A DNA stretch of 64,000 nucleotides from Nostoc sp. (GCF_036919595.1 NZ_JBALCO010000016.1:32028-96027); one strand, 5' to 3'; shown: positions 9,165 to 19,665, counted from the first letter of the stretch. The notes: a model not told the origin generated them from the letters alone. Translations and numbers: made by a program.

Positions 9165-10133
9165 CTAGAAACTAGGCCCCATAAAATCCCTGCTTTGTGT
9201 TCCCAATAGCCACCTTTTTCGCCAGCGGGAGGTAGGTTCGAGTGAAGAGGCTTGTTGCTCTTGTTGTCGCCGTTTCACTATGACTTCGGTTGGATCACTC
9301 AATTGAGGATCGCGATAAGCAATGGCAGCACGGGTTAGCAAGTGTTCTTTTTCAGCTTGTGACAGGGTAGTAAGTGCTGTTAGCGGATAGCTATAGTTTA
9401 GCCCGTATCGAGTGTTAAATATTGAATTATTTTTAGAATCAATACTTAGAGAGTGAGCTGCCACAGTACCAGGCGATCGCCTTCCCACGGGTGGAGTAGA
9501 ACCTACCACCAAACCAGCAGATAAAAGTGCTGTGCGTACAGCAGCAGAACAAGAATAGGTGGCTAATAAACCATCTGGATGTAAACACAACGACAGCTGT
9601 TTTATAAATTCAACAGTCCATAATTGAGGACACTGTGGTGGTGAAAAGGGATCAAGGAAAATTGCATCTGCCCAGAAACCCGACTGACGTACTAGCGTTA
9701 TCGTAGTTCTAGCATCGCCAATTAGGAGCTTCGCTTTCAGGCAAGGTGTTTGCACTTGATGCTCAAAAGCTAGCTCTTTCAAAATTTCAATATAGTTACA
9801 GTTCCAATTGTCGAACAAGTGATGAACGATCGCAGCTTGTGGCACTGCTGGATTGAGTTCTAAGCCGATTACTTCAACACAACAACTGGGATTCACTGCC
9901 CAAATTGTCTGCAAAGCAGCAGCTGTGTTATATCCTAGACCATAACAAACATCCAACAGTCGCAAGACTGGTTTTTGAGCGGCTGTAGCCAGTTGAGTCG
10001 GTTCTACAAACTTGAAAAAACTCTCCTGCCTAGCTCCATTATGGCTGTGAAAGGATTCACCAAACTCTTGAGAGACAAAGGTGAAAGAACCATCTGCTGT
10101 TAACTTAGGTGTAAAATTATCTAAGTTTGACAT
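9165..10133 (-). CDS. MnmC-N/MnmD-like SAM-dependent tRNA methyltransferase
   Basis: TADGSFT, FGESFHS, LDVCYGLGYN, LLIGDAR, DAIFLDPFSPPQCPQLWT, ATYSCS. Start placed at ATG 10133 (track start 10160). Confidence 0.85.
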   Translation of the reverse strand: MSNLDNFTPKLTADGSFTFVSQEFGESFHSHNGARQESFFKFVEPTQLATAAQKPVLRLLDVCYGLGYNTAAALQTIWAVNPSCCVEVIGLELNPAVPQAAIVHHLFDNWNCNYIEILKELAFEHQVQTPCLKAKLLIGDARTTITLVRQSGFWADAIFLDPFSPPQCPQLWTVEFIKQLSLCLHPDGLLATYSCSAAVRTALLSAGLVVGSTPPVGRRSPGTVAAHSLSIDSKNNSIFNTRYGLNYSYPLTALTTLSQAEKEHLLTRAAIAYRDPQLSDPTEVIVKRRQQEQQASSLEPTSRWRKRWLLGTQSRDFMGPSF

Positions 10134-10236
10134 CTTACAAAAAAATTGAATAATGACCAATACAACTCTTGGAGAGGCTGCGCCCTAAGCGTAGCTATGC
10201 CGCAGGCTTTACGACGCCGCTCAATACAAGTGCCCT

Positions 10237-11058
10237 ATGCCCAATCCTCAATTTATTGTTTCACCTATTTGGCTGTTTGAACATCTAGAAGATCCGCAAG
10301 TCGTTATTGTGGATTGTCGCTTTTCTCTAGCTGATCCACAACTAGGACAACAACAGTACCAGACAAGTCATATACAAGGGTCATATTACCTAGATTTGAA
10401 TCAGGATCTTTCCAGTCCAGTAGGTAAGCATGGCGGGAGACATCCTTTACCTAACCCCAATGATATAGCTAACAAATTTGCTGCAATTGGGATAAATTAC
10501 CAAAAAAGTTTAGTTGTAGCTTATGATGATTCGCGCTTTGCCTTTGCGGCTCGTCTATGGTGGCTATTGCGCTATCTCGGACATGAGCAAGTCGCGGTGC
10601 TGGATGGAGGCTTTGCTGGATGGCAAAAAGCTGGATATCCTGTTACAAATGTCGTTCCTCACACCCAGATGGGTACGTTTGTAGCTCAAGTACAAACAGA
10701 AAAGGTGGTAGATATTACAGCGGTGAGAAACCGCAAAGACAGCCACGAGGTAGTATTGGTAGATTCAAGAGAAAGCGATCGCTACCGAGGAGAACAAGAG
10801 TCAATTGATAAAATTGCTGGACATATCCCTGGTGCAGTTAACTATCCCTGGCACGAAGTTACAGACTCTTCCAATTACATAATTCCTCAACCAGAACAAC
10901 GCCGTCGGTGGGAAAAGCTGGCAACAGCCGAAGAAATCTTGGTATATTGCGGTTCTGGTGTTACTGCTTGTGTGAATTTACTTTCTTTAGAATTAGCTGG
11001 CATTAGCAAGGGTAAACTTTATGCTGGTAGCTGGAGTGATTGGATTTCTTATTTATAG
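10237..11058 (+). CDS. Sulfurtransferase (two-domain rhodanese, SseA-like)
   Basis: HIQGSYYLD, GRHPLP, VLDGGFAGW, GHIPGA, YCGSGVTA, LYAGSWSDW. Confidence 0.92.
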   Translation: MPNPQFIVSPIWLFEHLEDPQVVIVDCRFSLADPQLGQQQYQTSHIQGSYYLDLNQDLSSPVGKHGGRHPLPNPNDIANKFAAIGINYQKSLVVAYDDSRFAFAARLWWLLRYLGHEQVAVLDGGFAGWQKAGYPVTNVVPHTQMGTFVAQVQTEKVVDITAVRNRKDSHEVVLVDSRESDRYRGEQESIDKIAGHIPGAVNYPWHEVTDSSNYIIPQPEQRRRWEKLATAEEILVYCGSGVTACVNLLSLELAGISKGKLYAGSWSDWISYL

Positions 11059-11317
11059 TTAGGTGTTACGAGTGAGAAGTTTAAAAAGCGACTTATAGTC
11101 GCTACTACACTACATTGTCCACCTCCGTGGACTAAGAAAAAATCAAGGGTTTCTATACTTTTGCAAGTGGGTTTTGTATGTATATCCAAGCCAGCGCACT
11201 GGCTCCCCATGAGCAACTGGCGTGCGATTATAAGTTGCCAGGGTTAGTATTAATTGAGACTTGACAAACATCCTCTTAGACTGAATAAAAAATCTAAACT
11301 CCTAACTCCTACCTCCT

Positions 11318-11343
11318 GTACAGACGCGATTAACCGCGTCTCT
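11318..11343. repeat. REP-like palindrome
   Basis: GTACAGACGCG-ATTAAC-CGCGTCTCT next to a CTCCTAA heptamer array at a gene end. Confidence 0.55.
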
Positions 11344-11354
11344 CCTAACTCTGA

Positions 11355-12656
11355 TCAAAATCGACCTAATTGCAAATCGTAATTAATACTGAAGAACCAG
11401 CCATCAAAATCAATGTTTTCGGCGGTTGAACTACCTAAACTAACTCCAGCTTCCACATTCATATTAGTGGTATCAGATATTCGATAATTTAAGTGCCCAA
11501 ATAACCGATGAAATTGGTCTTCTCGATCGCGCTGTGTAAAGTCCGAAAAGCTCGCTTGGTAGTCAATACCAACCCGGAGAGGCTTTTGCAAGTAGTAGTT
11601 CAGAGAAATCCAAAAGGAATTGATTATCCGATCACGACTTAGGGGATCAGCAAAATTTACACTCAACTCGTAAAAGCTATCTAGCGTTAATTTTGGAGTT
11701 AAGGGATCTCGCCGTCCCAAAGATAGTTCCAGGGAATTCTCATTTAAAAAGCGATCGCCTGCTTTGAAGCTATCAAGGCTATGGCTGTTATTGGCATAAA
11801 ATAACTGTTGATTGCTGTAACTGACTTCTCCGTACATTCGCCGTGAGAACTGCTGGTAAATACTGAGATTAAATCTCACCTGGTTGTAATTATATTGTGA
11901 CTGATTGATATAACGAATGAGATTGCCATCAATTGAGCCGTTTAAATAAGTCTTAGAACCCAAAGGGAAATATGCAGAGGCTAGCGTCAGTCCAGAAATA
12001 ATTAAACCATCTTCTATGGGACTATCATTTGAGGAAAAAATATTGCTCGTCTGGAAATAACCTACACCGCCTTGTAGATAGCCTATGGGTTTAAACTTAG
12101 GTACGGATTGTTTTGTCGGTGGGAGTGGCTGTTGTTCTAGGGGTCGTAACCGCACCCACAACCCCAATTCGCGATCGCTTTCAGACTCAGGTGGCTGTTT
12201 TGGCGATCGCAGCAGTTGTATTAGCCTCTGTAGCCTTTGGGACTGATTTATTTGAGGTGCATTTAACAGTTGCTCTTTTGAGTCTGGAGGAGATGTAGGC
12301 AAATTACTTGGCTGCGATTCTAACTGTGGCGGGTAATTTTGCTTTTGAGTATCTCCAGGTTCTTCGGTTACAGTTGGTGGGGCTTGAGTAGTAGCTGGTG
12401 TTTGCTGTGCCACATTTAACGGCATCTGCGAGTCTGAACTTTGCGACTCACTGGACTGCTTGCACAAAAAGTTAGTTACCTCTTGCTCTAACTTCTGACA
12501 TAGCTGATAAGTTACCTGTGTCTTTGCTAAATTTTTAGAACGCCAAATATCTGTATTTGCAGATTCTGCCGCATCTACTCTAATGCAACACCAGCTTCCA
12601 CCACTGGAAGCTAACAAAATACAAAAAAACAAATTCTTCCAGTTATTGAGTTGCAT
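11355..12656 (-). CDS. Exported protein with C-terminal outer-membrane beta-barrel
   Basis: N-terminal hydrophobic segment, low-complexity Q/P/S linker, then alternating amphipathic strands ending FFSINYDLQLGRF (terminal Phe beta-signal). Confidence 0.65.
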   Translation of the reverse strand: MQLNNWKNLFFCILLASSGGSWCCIRVDAAESANTDIWRSKNLAKTQVTYQLCQKLEQEVTNFLCKQSSESQSSDSQMPLNVAQQTPATTQAPPTVTEEPGDTQKQNYPPQLESQPSNLPTSPPDSKEQLLNAPQINQSQRLQRLIQLLRSPKQPPESESDRELGLWVRLRPLEQQPLPPTKQSVPKFKPIGYLQGGVGYFQTSNIFSSNDSPIEDGLIISGLTLASAYFPLGSKTYLNGSIDGNLIRYINQSQYNYNQVRFNLSIYQQFSRRMYGEVSYSNQQLFYANNSHSLDSFKAGDRFLNENSLELSLGRRDPLTPKLTLDSFYELSVNFADPLSRDRIINSFWISLNYYLQKPLRVGIDYQASFSDFTQRDREDQFHRLFGHLNYRISDTTNMNVEAGVSLGSSTAENIDFDGWFFSINYDLQLGRF

Positions 12657-13174
12657 CTGGTTAGATCGCGTTGATCGCGTTTGGCGAATGTAGACCTATA
12701 AGCTGTATCTGAAGTTCCGACTTAGAAGATACAGCTATTGAGCGCATCTCTTTTCGTATCGTAGGTATATACTGAAACTACAAACTGAAATTGCTGCTTT
12801 TCGGATTTTCTCCCAGATTTTTTTGCAAAACTGAGATGTTTTAATTTAATTTCTGCTCAACTTTAGTGAAATACAGTCAGTGAATCATTTCACAACATAT
12901 CCCTAACAACTCGTTTTCCCACATAACTGATGATCCTGTGGCTGATCTGATTAAAAAGGATTATCTGTAAGGTATTCCTGATTTAATTGTTGATATCAAA
13001 TACTAACTTTGAAATCTGCTACAGATTTTATTGCATAAGATGTCAGTTTTAAAAAAAAACTTAAATAAACTAAACACCTAATTTACTTGCTATCGATTTG
13101 ATGTATGTATTAAATGTAGGCTAAAATGCAAAAGAATTTAAATAGGAAAATTTATAACAATTAGCAGCAGCTTA

Positions 13175-13339
13175 GAGGATGTTTTAAAAGTATTTTTGGT
13201 AACATCAAACCCTCCCAAACCTAACCCCCTAGCCCTCATTTCTTCATCGGTAAGGGGGTTTAAAAGCCTCTCCCCCGTAAGGAGAGAGGGGAATGGTAGT
13301 TGGGTTTATAGTATACTTTGTAACTTTTCAAACATCCTT
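13175..13339. mobile_element. 165-bp MITE, IS5/IS1031-type ends (copy 1)
   Basis: GAGGATGTTTTAAAAGT ... ACTTTTCAAACATCCTT flanked by TTA on both sides; interior homologous to copy 2 in the opposite orientation. Confidence 0.8.
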
Positions 13340-13390
13340 TTAAACTTTTAACTTTTTTGTTATTAGTTGAAGTTCATAAATTATCAAATT

Positions 13391-14719
13391 ATGTTTCATA
13401 AATCGTTTCTATTGTTAGTAATTGGTTTATGGGGAGTTATAGTACTGCCTTTGCCAAATCGGGTAAGTGCCATAACTCCTCTAACGCGAGCGGAGATTCA
13501 AAACCTCCGTAACTTGGTACTACTGATACCCAAAGATCGACTGAAGAAGCGTCCTGCACGCAAATTAGATGCAATGACTCCTGGGGATGGGTTGTCAACT
13601 GGTCGAGCTTCCCTAGCAGACTTGCGCTTTAACGACGGTTCTTTGGCACGAGTTGGCGAACAGGCTATATTTCAATTTTTACCAAAGACTCGTAGCTTTA
13701 GACTGTCAAACGGGACTGCGTTGCTGCTTATCCCACCTGGTAGGGGGCAAACACGTATACAAACGCCAAGTGCAGCAGCAGCAATTCGTGGTTCAGCATT
13801 ATTTGTACGCTACGACAAACAAACAGATACCACGATTGTGGGTGCGCTGACAAATAGCGGCATTGAAGTTTCTAATCAGGAAGCTTCTCAAACTCAGGTG
13901 CTGCAAGCAGGACAGATGATGGTTATAGTTAAAGGCGAATTTCAAGGCTTATACGATTTTGATCTGAGAAATTTTTATCAAACGAGCGATCTGGTTCGGG
14001 GACTTAATTTAACTAGGCAAAATCCTACGCCTACGGCTGATCAGGCGATCGCTAGCGTTCAAGCTGAAACTGCTGCGGCTTTGAAAGCACAGTCGCCTAT
14101 TACAGGTAAGGGAGTAGTTGAAAACCCATCTTTTATAGAGCTAACTACTAGTCCTTCAACTGCTTCTACCAACGATTCCCCAATAAAGTCCATTGGAGAT
14201 GATTCCCCATCAAATTCCTTCGAGGACATAAGACAAGTTCTGTCAAATACTGAGCAGCGTACTGAAAAAAATCACACTATCAGGCAAGTAAATACACCAA
14301 TCCAACCTCCAGTAAATCCGCCAGTTCAACCTCCAGTTCAACCTCCAGTAAATCCGCCAGTTCAACCTCCAGTTCAACCTCCAGTAAATCCGCCAGTAAA
14401 TCCGCCAGTTCAACCTCCAGTAAATCCGCCAGTTCAACCTCCAGTAAATCCTCCAGTTCAACCTCCAGTAAATCCTCCAGTCGAGCCCCCAGTAAATCCT
14501 CCAGTCGAGCCCCCAGTAAATCCTCCAGTAAATCCACCAGTCCAACCTCCAGTCCAACCTCCAGTAAATCCTCCAGTCGAGCCTCCAGTAAATCCTCCAG
14601 TCGAGCCTCCAGTAAATCCTCCAGTCGAGCCTCCAGTAAATCCGCCAGTCCAACCTCCAGTAAATCCTCCAGTCCAACCTCCAGTAAATCCGCCAGTGAA
14701 ACCTCCAGAAACTACGTGA
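13391..14719 (+). CDS. FecR-domain exported protein with (Q/N/E)PPV repeat tail
   Basis: Signal peptide; GDGLSTGRASLADLRFNDGSLARVGEQ and TPSAAAAIRGS FecR-like motifs. ATG 13391 preferred to TTG 13367. Confidence 0.8.
   Translation: MFHKSFLLLVIGLWGVIVLPLPNRVSAITPLTRAEIQNLRNLVLLIPKDRLKKRPARKLDAMTPGDGLSTGRASLADLRFNDGSLARVGEQAIFQFLPKTRSFRLSNGTALLLIPPGRGQTRIQTPSAAAAIRGSALFVRYDKQTDTTIVGALTNSGIEVSNQEASQTQVLQAGQMMVIVKGEFQGLYDFDLRNFYQTSDLVRGLNLTRQNPTPTADQAIASVQAETAAALKAQSPITGKGVVENPSFIELTTSPSTASTNDSPIKSIGDDSPSNSFEDIRQVLSNTEQRTEKNHTIRQVNTPIQPPVNPPVQPPVQPPVNPPVQPPVQPPVNPPVNPPVQPPVNPPVQPPVNPPVQPPVNPPVEPPVNPPVEPPVNPPVNPPVQPPVQPPVNPPVEPPVNPPVEPPVNPPVEPPVNPPVQPPVNPPVQPPVNPPVKPPETT
14303..14698 (+). repeat. 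Coding 12-bp tandem repeat, 33 x (Q/N/E)PPV
   Basis: 396 nt counted from sequence and translation. Confidence 0.97.
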
Positions 14720-15043
14720 AACTACACGCATAGCGGTTTGCCGTAGGCTACCGCTCCAAGCGTAGAAGATACAGAGAGAAAAAAGAGACAAAATAAATAC
14801 TGAAGTTTTTAATATTTATTTATACCTAAAACTACTGAAAAACCTATAACAACTGTTAACTACTACCTCTACAGCAACCAAAGCAAAAAGTGATATTCCC
14901 TACGACTAGAGAGCATCTGCTAACGCTAGATTAAATCAAGGACAGGACTTATACAGGGTTCACCGGATATCCTTATATAGTTCAATCACATTCTGTGTGT
15001 TAGTTCCCAGGAACTAACTTGTTGCTAAAGAGAACATAAATTT

Positions 15044-16420
15044 ATGACTTTTGATTACGACCTGTTTGTAATTGGTGCGGGTTCTGGAGGTTTGGCGGCT
15101 TCCAAACGGGCGGCTAGCTACGGGGCAAAAGTGGCGATCGCTGAAGATGATTTAGTTGGTGGGACTTGTGTAATTCGTGGTTGCGTTCCCAAAAAACTCA
15201 TGGTCTATGGCTCTCATTTTCCTGCACTGTTCAGTGACGCCGCAGGCTATGGCTGGAAAGTCGGTAATGCTGAGTTGGACTGGGAATATTTCATTACATC
15301 TATAGATAAGGAAGTTCGACGACTGTCGCAACTACATATAAGCTTTTTAGAAAAAGCGGGAGTGCAACTAATTCCTAGTCGCGCCACGTTGGTAGACCCT
15401 CACACTGTAGAAGTTGACGGACGCAAAGTTACAGCAGACAAAATTTTAATTGCTGTTGGTGGGCGTCCTGTCAAGCCAGATTTAGCAGGGATGGAATATG
15501 GGATTACCTCTAACGAAATCTTTCATCTCAAAGAACAACCAAAACACATCGTTATTATTGGTGCTGGTTATATCGGCACGGAATTTGCCTGTATTATGCG
15601 AGGTTTGGGTTCTGAGGTGACACAAATTACCAGAGGTGAAAAGATTTTGAACGGGTTTGATGAGGATGTCCGCATAGAAATCGAAGAGGGGATGACAAAC
15701 CACGGAATTCGGCTGATTAAGAATAATGTGGTAAAAACAGTTGAAGGTGTACCAGAAGGGTTAAAACTGACTTTATCAGGGAATGATCAACAACCAGTAA
15801 TTGCCGATGTCTTTTTAGTAGCGACCGGTCGGATTCCTAATGTAGATGGACTAGGTTTAAAAAACGCTGGGGTTGATGTTGTCGCTAGTTCTATCGAAGG
15901 GCCTGGATACCCTACCACAAGTGCGATCGCAGTCAATGAATATAGTCAAACTAGTCAAGCGAATATATTTGCCGTTGGCGATGTCACCGATCGAATTAAT
16001 TTAACTCCAGTGGCCATTGGCGAAGGTCGCGCCTTTGCAGATAGCGAATTTGGCAGCAATCGGCGAGAATTCAGTCATGAAACTGTACCCACAGCAATAT
16101 TTTCTAACCCAGAAGCCGCTACAGTCGGCTGGACAGAAGCCGAAGCACGGGAAAAACTCGGTGATGCTGTAACAATTTACCGCACTCGCTTCCGCCCTAT
16201 GTACCATAGTTTAACTGGTAAACAAGAGAAGATAATGATGAAGTTGGTGGTTGATAGCAACACTGACAAAGTGCTAGGCGCTCACATGGTAGGTGAAAAT
16301 GCCGCTGAAATCATTCAAGGTGTGGCGATCGCTGTGAAGATGGGCGCAACTAAAAAAGACTTTGACGCCACTGTTGGTATCCATCCCTCCGCAGCGGAAG
16401 AATTTGTCACAATGCGGTAA
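15044..16420 (+). CDS. gor: Glutathione-disulfide reductase
   Basis: GAGSGG, GGTCVIRGCVPKK, GAGYIGTEFA, TVGIHPSAAEEFVTMR. Confidence 0.96.
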   Translation: MTFDYDLFVIGAGSGGLAASKRAASYGAKVAIAEDDLVGGTCVIRGCVPKKLMVYGSHFPALFSDAAGYGWKVGNAELDWEYFITSIDKEVRRLSQLHISFLEKAGVQLIPSRATLVDPHTVEVDGRKVTADKILIAVGGRPVKPDLAGMEYGITSNEIFHLKEQPKHIVIIGAGYIGTEFACIMRGLGSEVTQITRGEKILNGFDEDVRIEIEEGMTNHGIRLIKNNVVKTVEGVPEGLKLTLSGNDQQPVIADVFLVATGRIPNVDGLGLKNAGVDVVASSIEGPGYPTTSAIAVNEYSQTSQANIFAVGDVTDRINLTPVAIGEGRAFADSEFGSNRREFSHETVPTAIFSNPEAATVGWTEAEAREKLGDAVTIYRTRFRPMYHSLTGKQEKIMMKLVVDSNTDKVLGAHMVGENAAEIIQGVAIAVKMGATKKDFDATVGIHPSAAEEFVTMR

Positions 16421-16423
16421 TAA

Positions 16424-16500
16424 GAGTTAGGAGTTATGAGTTATGAGTTATGAGTTGAAGAAAGAAACTCATAACTTAAAACTTAAAATTCCTAACTTCT
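16424..16500. repeat. Inverted STRR heptamer arrays forming a hairpin after gor
   Basis: GAGTTA(G/T) x5, then the complementary AACTCAT/AACTTAA/CCTAACT units. Confidence 0.75.
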
Positions 16501-16524
16501 TCTCACTTCTAATTATCTACAGTC

Positions 16525-17160
16525 TTGCAATACATATATCTTCACGGCTTTGCTTCGAGTCCTAATTCTGCCAAAGCGCGGGATATCAGCGATCGCTTTG
16601 CCCAAATTCACACGAAGCTAAAAATTCCTGATTTGAATGCTGGCCATTTTTCGCAGTTGACAATCACTCGTCAGATCACTCAAGTTGCCGCAGAATTCAG
16701 CAATGATTCTACGCCAGTAACGCTGATTAGCTCAAGTTTAGGTGGTTTGACCGCTGCCCACTTGGGACAGCAATATTTACAAGTAGAACGTCTTGTGCTG
16801 CTAGCACCAGCTTTTGGATTTTTATCTCATTGGTTGCCCAAGCTAGGTGATGAAGAAGTACAGCGTTGGCAGCAAGAAAAATATATCATGGTCTACCACT
16901 ATGGGGAGGAGCGAAAGCTTCCCTTAAATTACGATTTTGTTACAGATGCTGCCCAATACCAAGAGGAGCTTTTACAACGTCCTATCCCCACTCTAATTTT
17001 GCATGGAAAAAAGGATGAAGTCGTTCCCATCGAAGCTAGTCGTGACTTTGCGCGTTTGCGTCTTTGGGTGGAGTTAGTCGAACTCGCCAGTGACCACGCC
17101 TTGACTGATGTTATGCAAGAAATTTGGCAGGCAATTCGCCTCTTTTGCCAGTTACCTTGA
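16525..17160 (+). CDS. YqiA/YcfP-family alpha/beta hydrolase
   Basis: YLHGFASSPNSAKA, ISSSLGG nucleophile elbow, ILHGKKDEVVP, SDH. Confidence 0.88.
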   Translation: MQYIYLHGFASSPNSAKARDISDRFAQIHTKLKIPDLNAGHFSQLTITRQITQVAAEFSNDSTPVTLISSSLGGLTAAHLGQQYLQVERLVLLAPAFGFLSHWLPKLGDEEVQRWQQEKYIMVYHYGEERKLPLNYDFVTDAAQYQEELLQRPIPTLILHGKKDEVVPIEASRDFARLRLWVELVELASDHALTDVMQEIWQAIRLFCQLP

Positions 17161-17299
17161 AGTTGTAAAATATTAAACTCAGACCTAACCGAATATTTTT
17201 CAGTAAGTACAACTTAACTCGTAGATCCAAGGAGGCTATATTTACTCACTATCAAGGATGGTTAGGGGAAAATAAGTCTTTTGTGAACAGTATTGATTT

Positions 17300-17334
17300 A
17301 AAATCCAAAATCTAAAATCTAAAATCCAAAATTG
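17300..17334 (+). repeat. STRR heptamer array
   Basis: AAAATC(C/T) x5 just upstream of hisC; the same unit recurs at about 43350-43380 and 55535-55570. Confidence 0.8.
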
Positions 17335-17336
17335 AT

Positions 17337-18482
17337 ATGCTTCCCTTCATCCGGTCAGATTTAGCCCAATTTACCGCGTACAAAGCCCACCCCAGCAGCG
17401 ATACAGCCGATTCTGTCCCCATACAGTTTGATCGACTGGATACAAATGAAAGCCCCTATGATTTACCACCGGAGTTAAAAGAGAAGCTGGCCTGGACGTA
17501 TCAGCAAGTAATTGAAACAAATCGTTATCCTGATGGTGGACATGAAACACTTAAGGATGCGATCGCCGAATACGTCAATGAATCAGCCGGTCTGTCGCTA
17601 TCCAATACTGCTGCCAATATTTCTGTGGGCAATGGTTCAGATGAACTAATCCGCTCTTTATTAATCGCCACCTGTCTAGGAGGAGAAGGTTCAATTCTAA
17701 TTGCCAATCCCACTTTCTCTATGTACGGAATTTTGGCACAAACTTTGGGCATTCCTGTAGTGGCGGTGGGTAGAAATGAAACAAATTTTGAAATTGACAT
17801 AAGCGCCGCCCAGTCTGCGATCAAACAAACTCAAAATCCTCCCATTCGTGTATTTTTTGTAGTACACCCCAATTCACCGACTGCCAATAGTTTAACTACG
17901 GTAGAGTTGACATGGTTAAAAAGTCTGAGTGAGCATATTTTGGTAGTAATTGATGAAGCTTACTTTGAGTTCAGCCAAACTACCCTAGTAGGTGAATTAG
18001 CACAGCATCCCAATTGGGTAATATTACGTACTTTTTCTAAAGCCTTCCGATTGGCTGCTCTCCGTGTTGGTTATTGCGTCGGTCATCCGGAAGCGATCGC
18101 TATTTTAGAAAAAGTTCGCTTACCTTACAATCTGCCCAGCTTTTCCCTAGCAGCAGCATTAGTTACTTTACAAAACCGTACACTTTTGTTGGAGTCAATT
18201 CGCCAAACCCTGAGTGAACGAGCCAAACTCATCGAAATTTTATCCCAGCAACCAGAACTACAAATTACCACAAGCGCTGCTAACTTTATTTACCTACGTC
18301 TTAAAGCAAATGGCTTTAATTCACAAGAGGCTGCATTAAAAACCTTCCACCAGAAACTTAGAACACTCGGAACTCTTGTGCGACACATTAGCGGAGGATT
18401 GCGAATTACTGTAGGAACGATAGAGGAAAACGCGCGCACTGTTAATCGAGTCCAAGCTGCTTTGGCAAATTTGGAATTTTAG
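17337..18482 (+). CDS. hisC: Histidinol-phosphate aminotransferase
   Basis: [50 protein letters not shown]. Confidence 0.93.
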   Translation: MLPFIRSDLAQFTAYKAHPSSDTADSVPIQFDRLDTNESPYDLPPELKEKLAWTYQQVIETNRYPDGGHETLKDAIAEYVNESAGLSLSNTAANISVGNGSDELIRSLLIATCLGGEGSILIANPTFSMYGILAQTLGIPVVAVGRNETNFEIDISAAQSAIKQTQNPPIRVFFVVHPNSPTANSLTTVELTWLKSLSEHILVVIDEAYFEFSQTTLVGELAQHPNWVILRTFSKAFRLAALRVGYCVGHPEAIAILEKVRLPYNLPSFSLAAALVTLQNRTLLLESIRQTLSERAKLIEILSQQPELQITTSAANFIYLRLKANGFNSQEAALKTFHQKLRTLGTLVRHISGGLRITVGTIEENARTVNRVQAALANLEF

Positions 18483-18490
18483 CAATTTAC

Positions 18491-19084
18491 TCAGTAATTA
18501 AATTGGCTGTCCATCTCACTGCCCAAACGGCGTACTATTCCCACTGTTTGTGGTAAGACACCTACTAAAAGAGCAAAAGCAACATCTGGCAAAAGAGCCA
18601 CTATTTCTGGTGGGAAGTATTGTTCAAATTGATCGAGAATTTTCTGAACTCGCTGCCCAGGCACTGGGTTTTCTGTAATTTGTTTGATTAATCGAATCCA
18701 CTGTCGCCTAATCTTGTAAGCATTCTGGCGTTCTTCATTAGATTCAGGAGTTAATAAAGAAAAATTACCTATGGGCAGTGCCCTTTGGCAATCACAATCG
18801 TAATCCCCACCTACAGCAGCCCCAGGCCCAGCAAACTCTGCATGGTAGCGTTTAAAGAGGATTAATCCATTTTGTCTACGACTATTGACAATGAAAACTT
18901 CTCCACTGTGTAAACGTGTGAGGATATCCGAGCCTTGCGATTGCTCAGTTCCATCTGGCATGACAACAGAGTCAAGGAAATTAGTTTCAGGGTAATAAGT
19001 TGATACCATAGAGGTTTGATAGCGTCGATGCTGTTCGCTATCCATGTTTTTTAGACTTTCAACGAATTTGGTAGTACTATGCAC
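18491..19084 (-). CDS. Conserved cyanobacterial hypothetical protein, possibly a reduced Crp/Fnr-like regulator
   Basis: AEFAGPGAAVG barrel-like motif, QRVQKIL helix, PDVAFALLVGVLPQTV HTH-like motif; GTG start. Confidence 0.6.
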   Translation of the reverse strand: MHSTTKFVESLKNMDSEQHRRYQTSMVSTYYPETNFLDSVVMPDGTEQSQGSDILTRLHSGEVFIVNSRRQNGLILFKRYHAEFAGPGAAVGGDYDCDCQRALPIGNFSLLTPESNEERQNAYKIRRQWIRLIKQITENPVPGQRVQKILDQFEQYFPPEIVALLPDVAFALLVGVLPQTVGIVRRLGSEMDSQFNY

Positions 19085-19665
19085 TTCAAAAGGGAACTAA
19101 CTGTTATGTCAAATCAGATTTTTGAATTCTTTTATTATCAAGAATCTTTCGGTCAACTTAATTAAAATACTAATAAATAGGCATTATTTAGTAATTGAGT
19201 GATTATATTTTATGAGATATAACTATATTTGTCTGTAAACTCTACAAGTGTTTTATTAAAGTTTTTATAAAGATGAATATCTGAATTACAAAGTTATTAT
19301 GAGTTATTGCTGATTTCCTAAGGGTAATTTTACCGCTATTTCCATTATAATTTATCTATATATATAAAATAGTCGAAAATACTTTCTTTTTTGTTTAATG
19401 ACGAATTAAAAAGGTCAAAACTTAACATTTAATCATTTAAGTGGAGTTTTTAAAAGTTCCACTTTTATTAAAATGACGAATGGGAATATCTGTAAAAAGT
19501 CTAAAGAAAATATCCTGATAAAAATTCACCAAAGCTATACACATCTAACTATTTAGCTAATATGGCTGAGTTTTAAATTAGGTTATTTTGTACTTTGAGC
19601 GTCTATATTGGTGATATATTTTATCCCAAGTAATTACAACATCAAAATTTATAGCAAAATAAAAT

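Noticed and set aside
14303-14698. Possible CRISPR array (also considered 25651-25863)
   Set aside because: Contiguous coding tandem repeats without unique spacers; no cas genes. No CRISPR array was seen in the window.
14243-14791. Antisense ORFs with striking WRIYWRLD and DLLEVEL repeats
   Set aside because: Stop-free shadows of the 12-bp PPV repeat; the sense frame has a signal peptide and a FecR-like domain.
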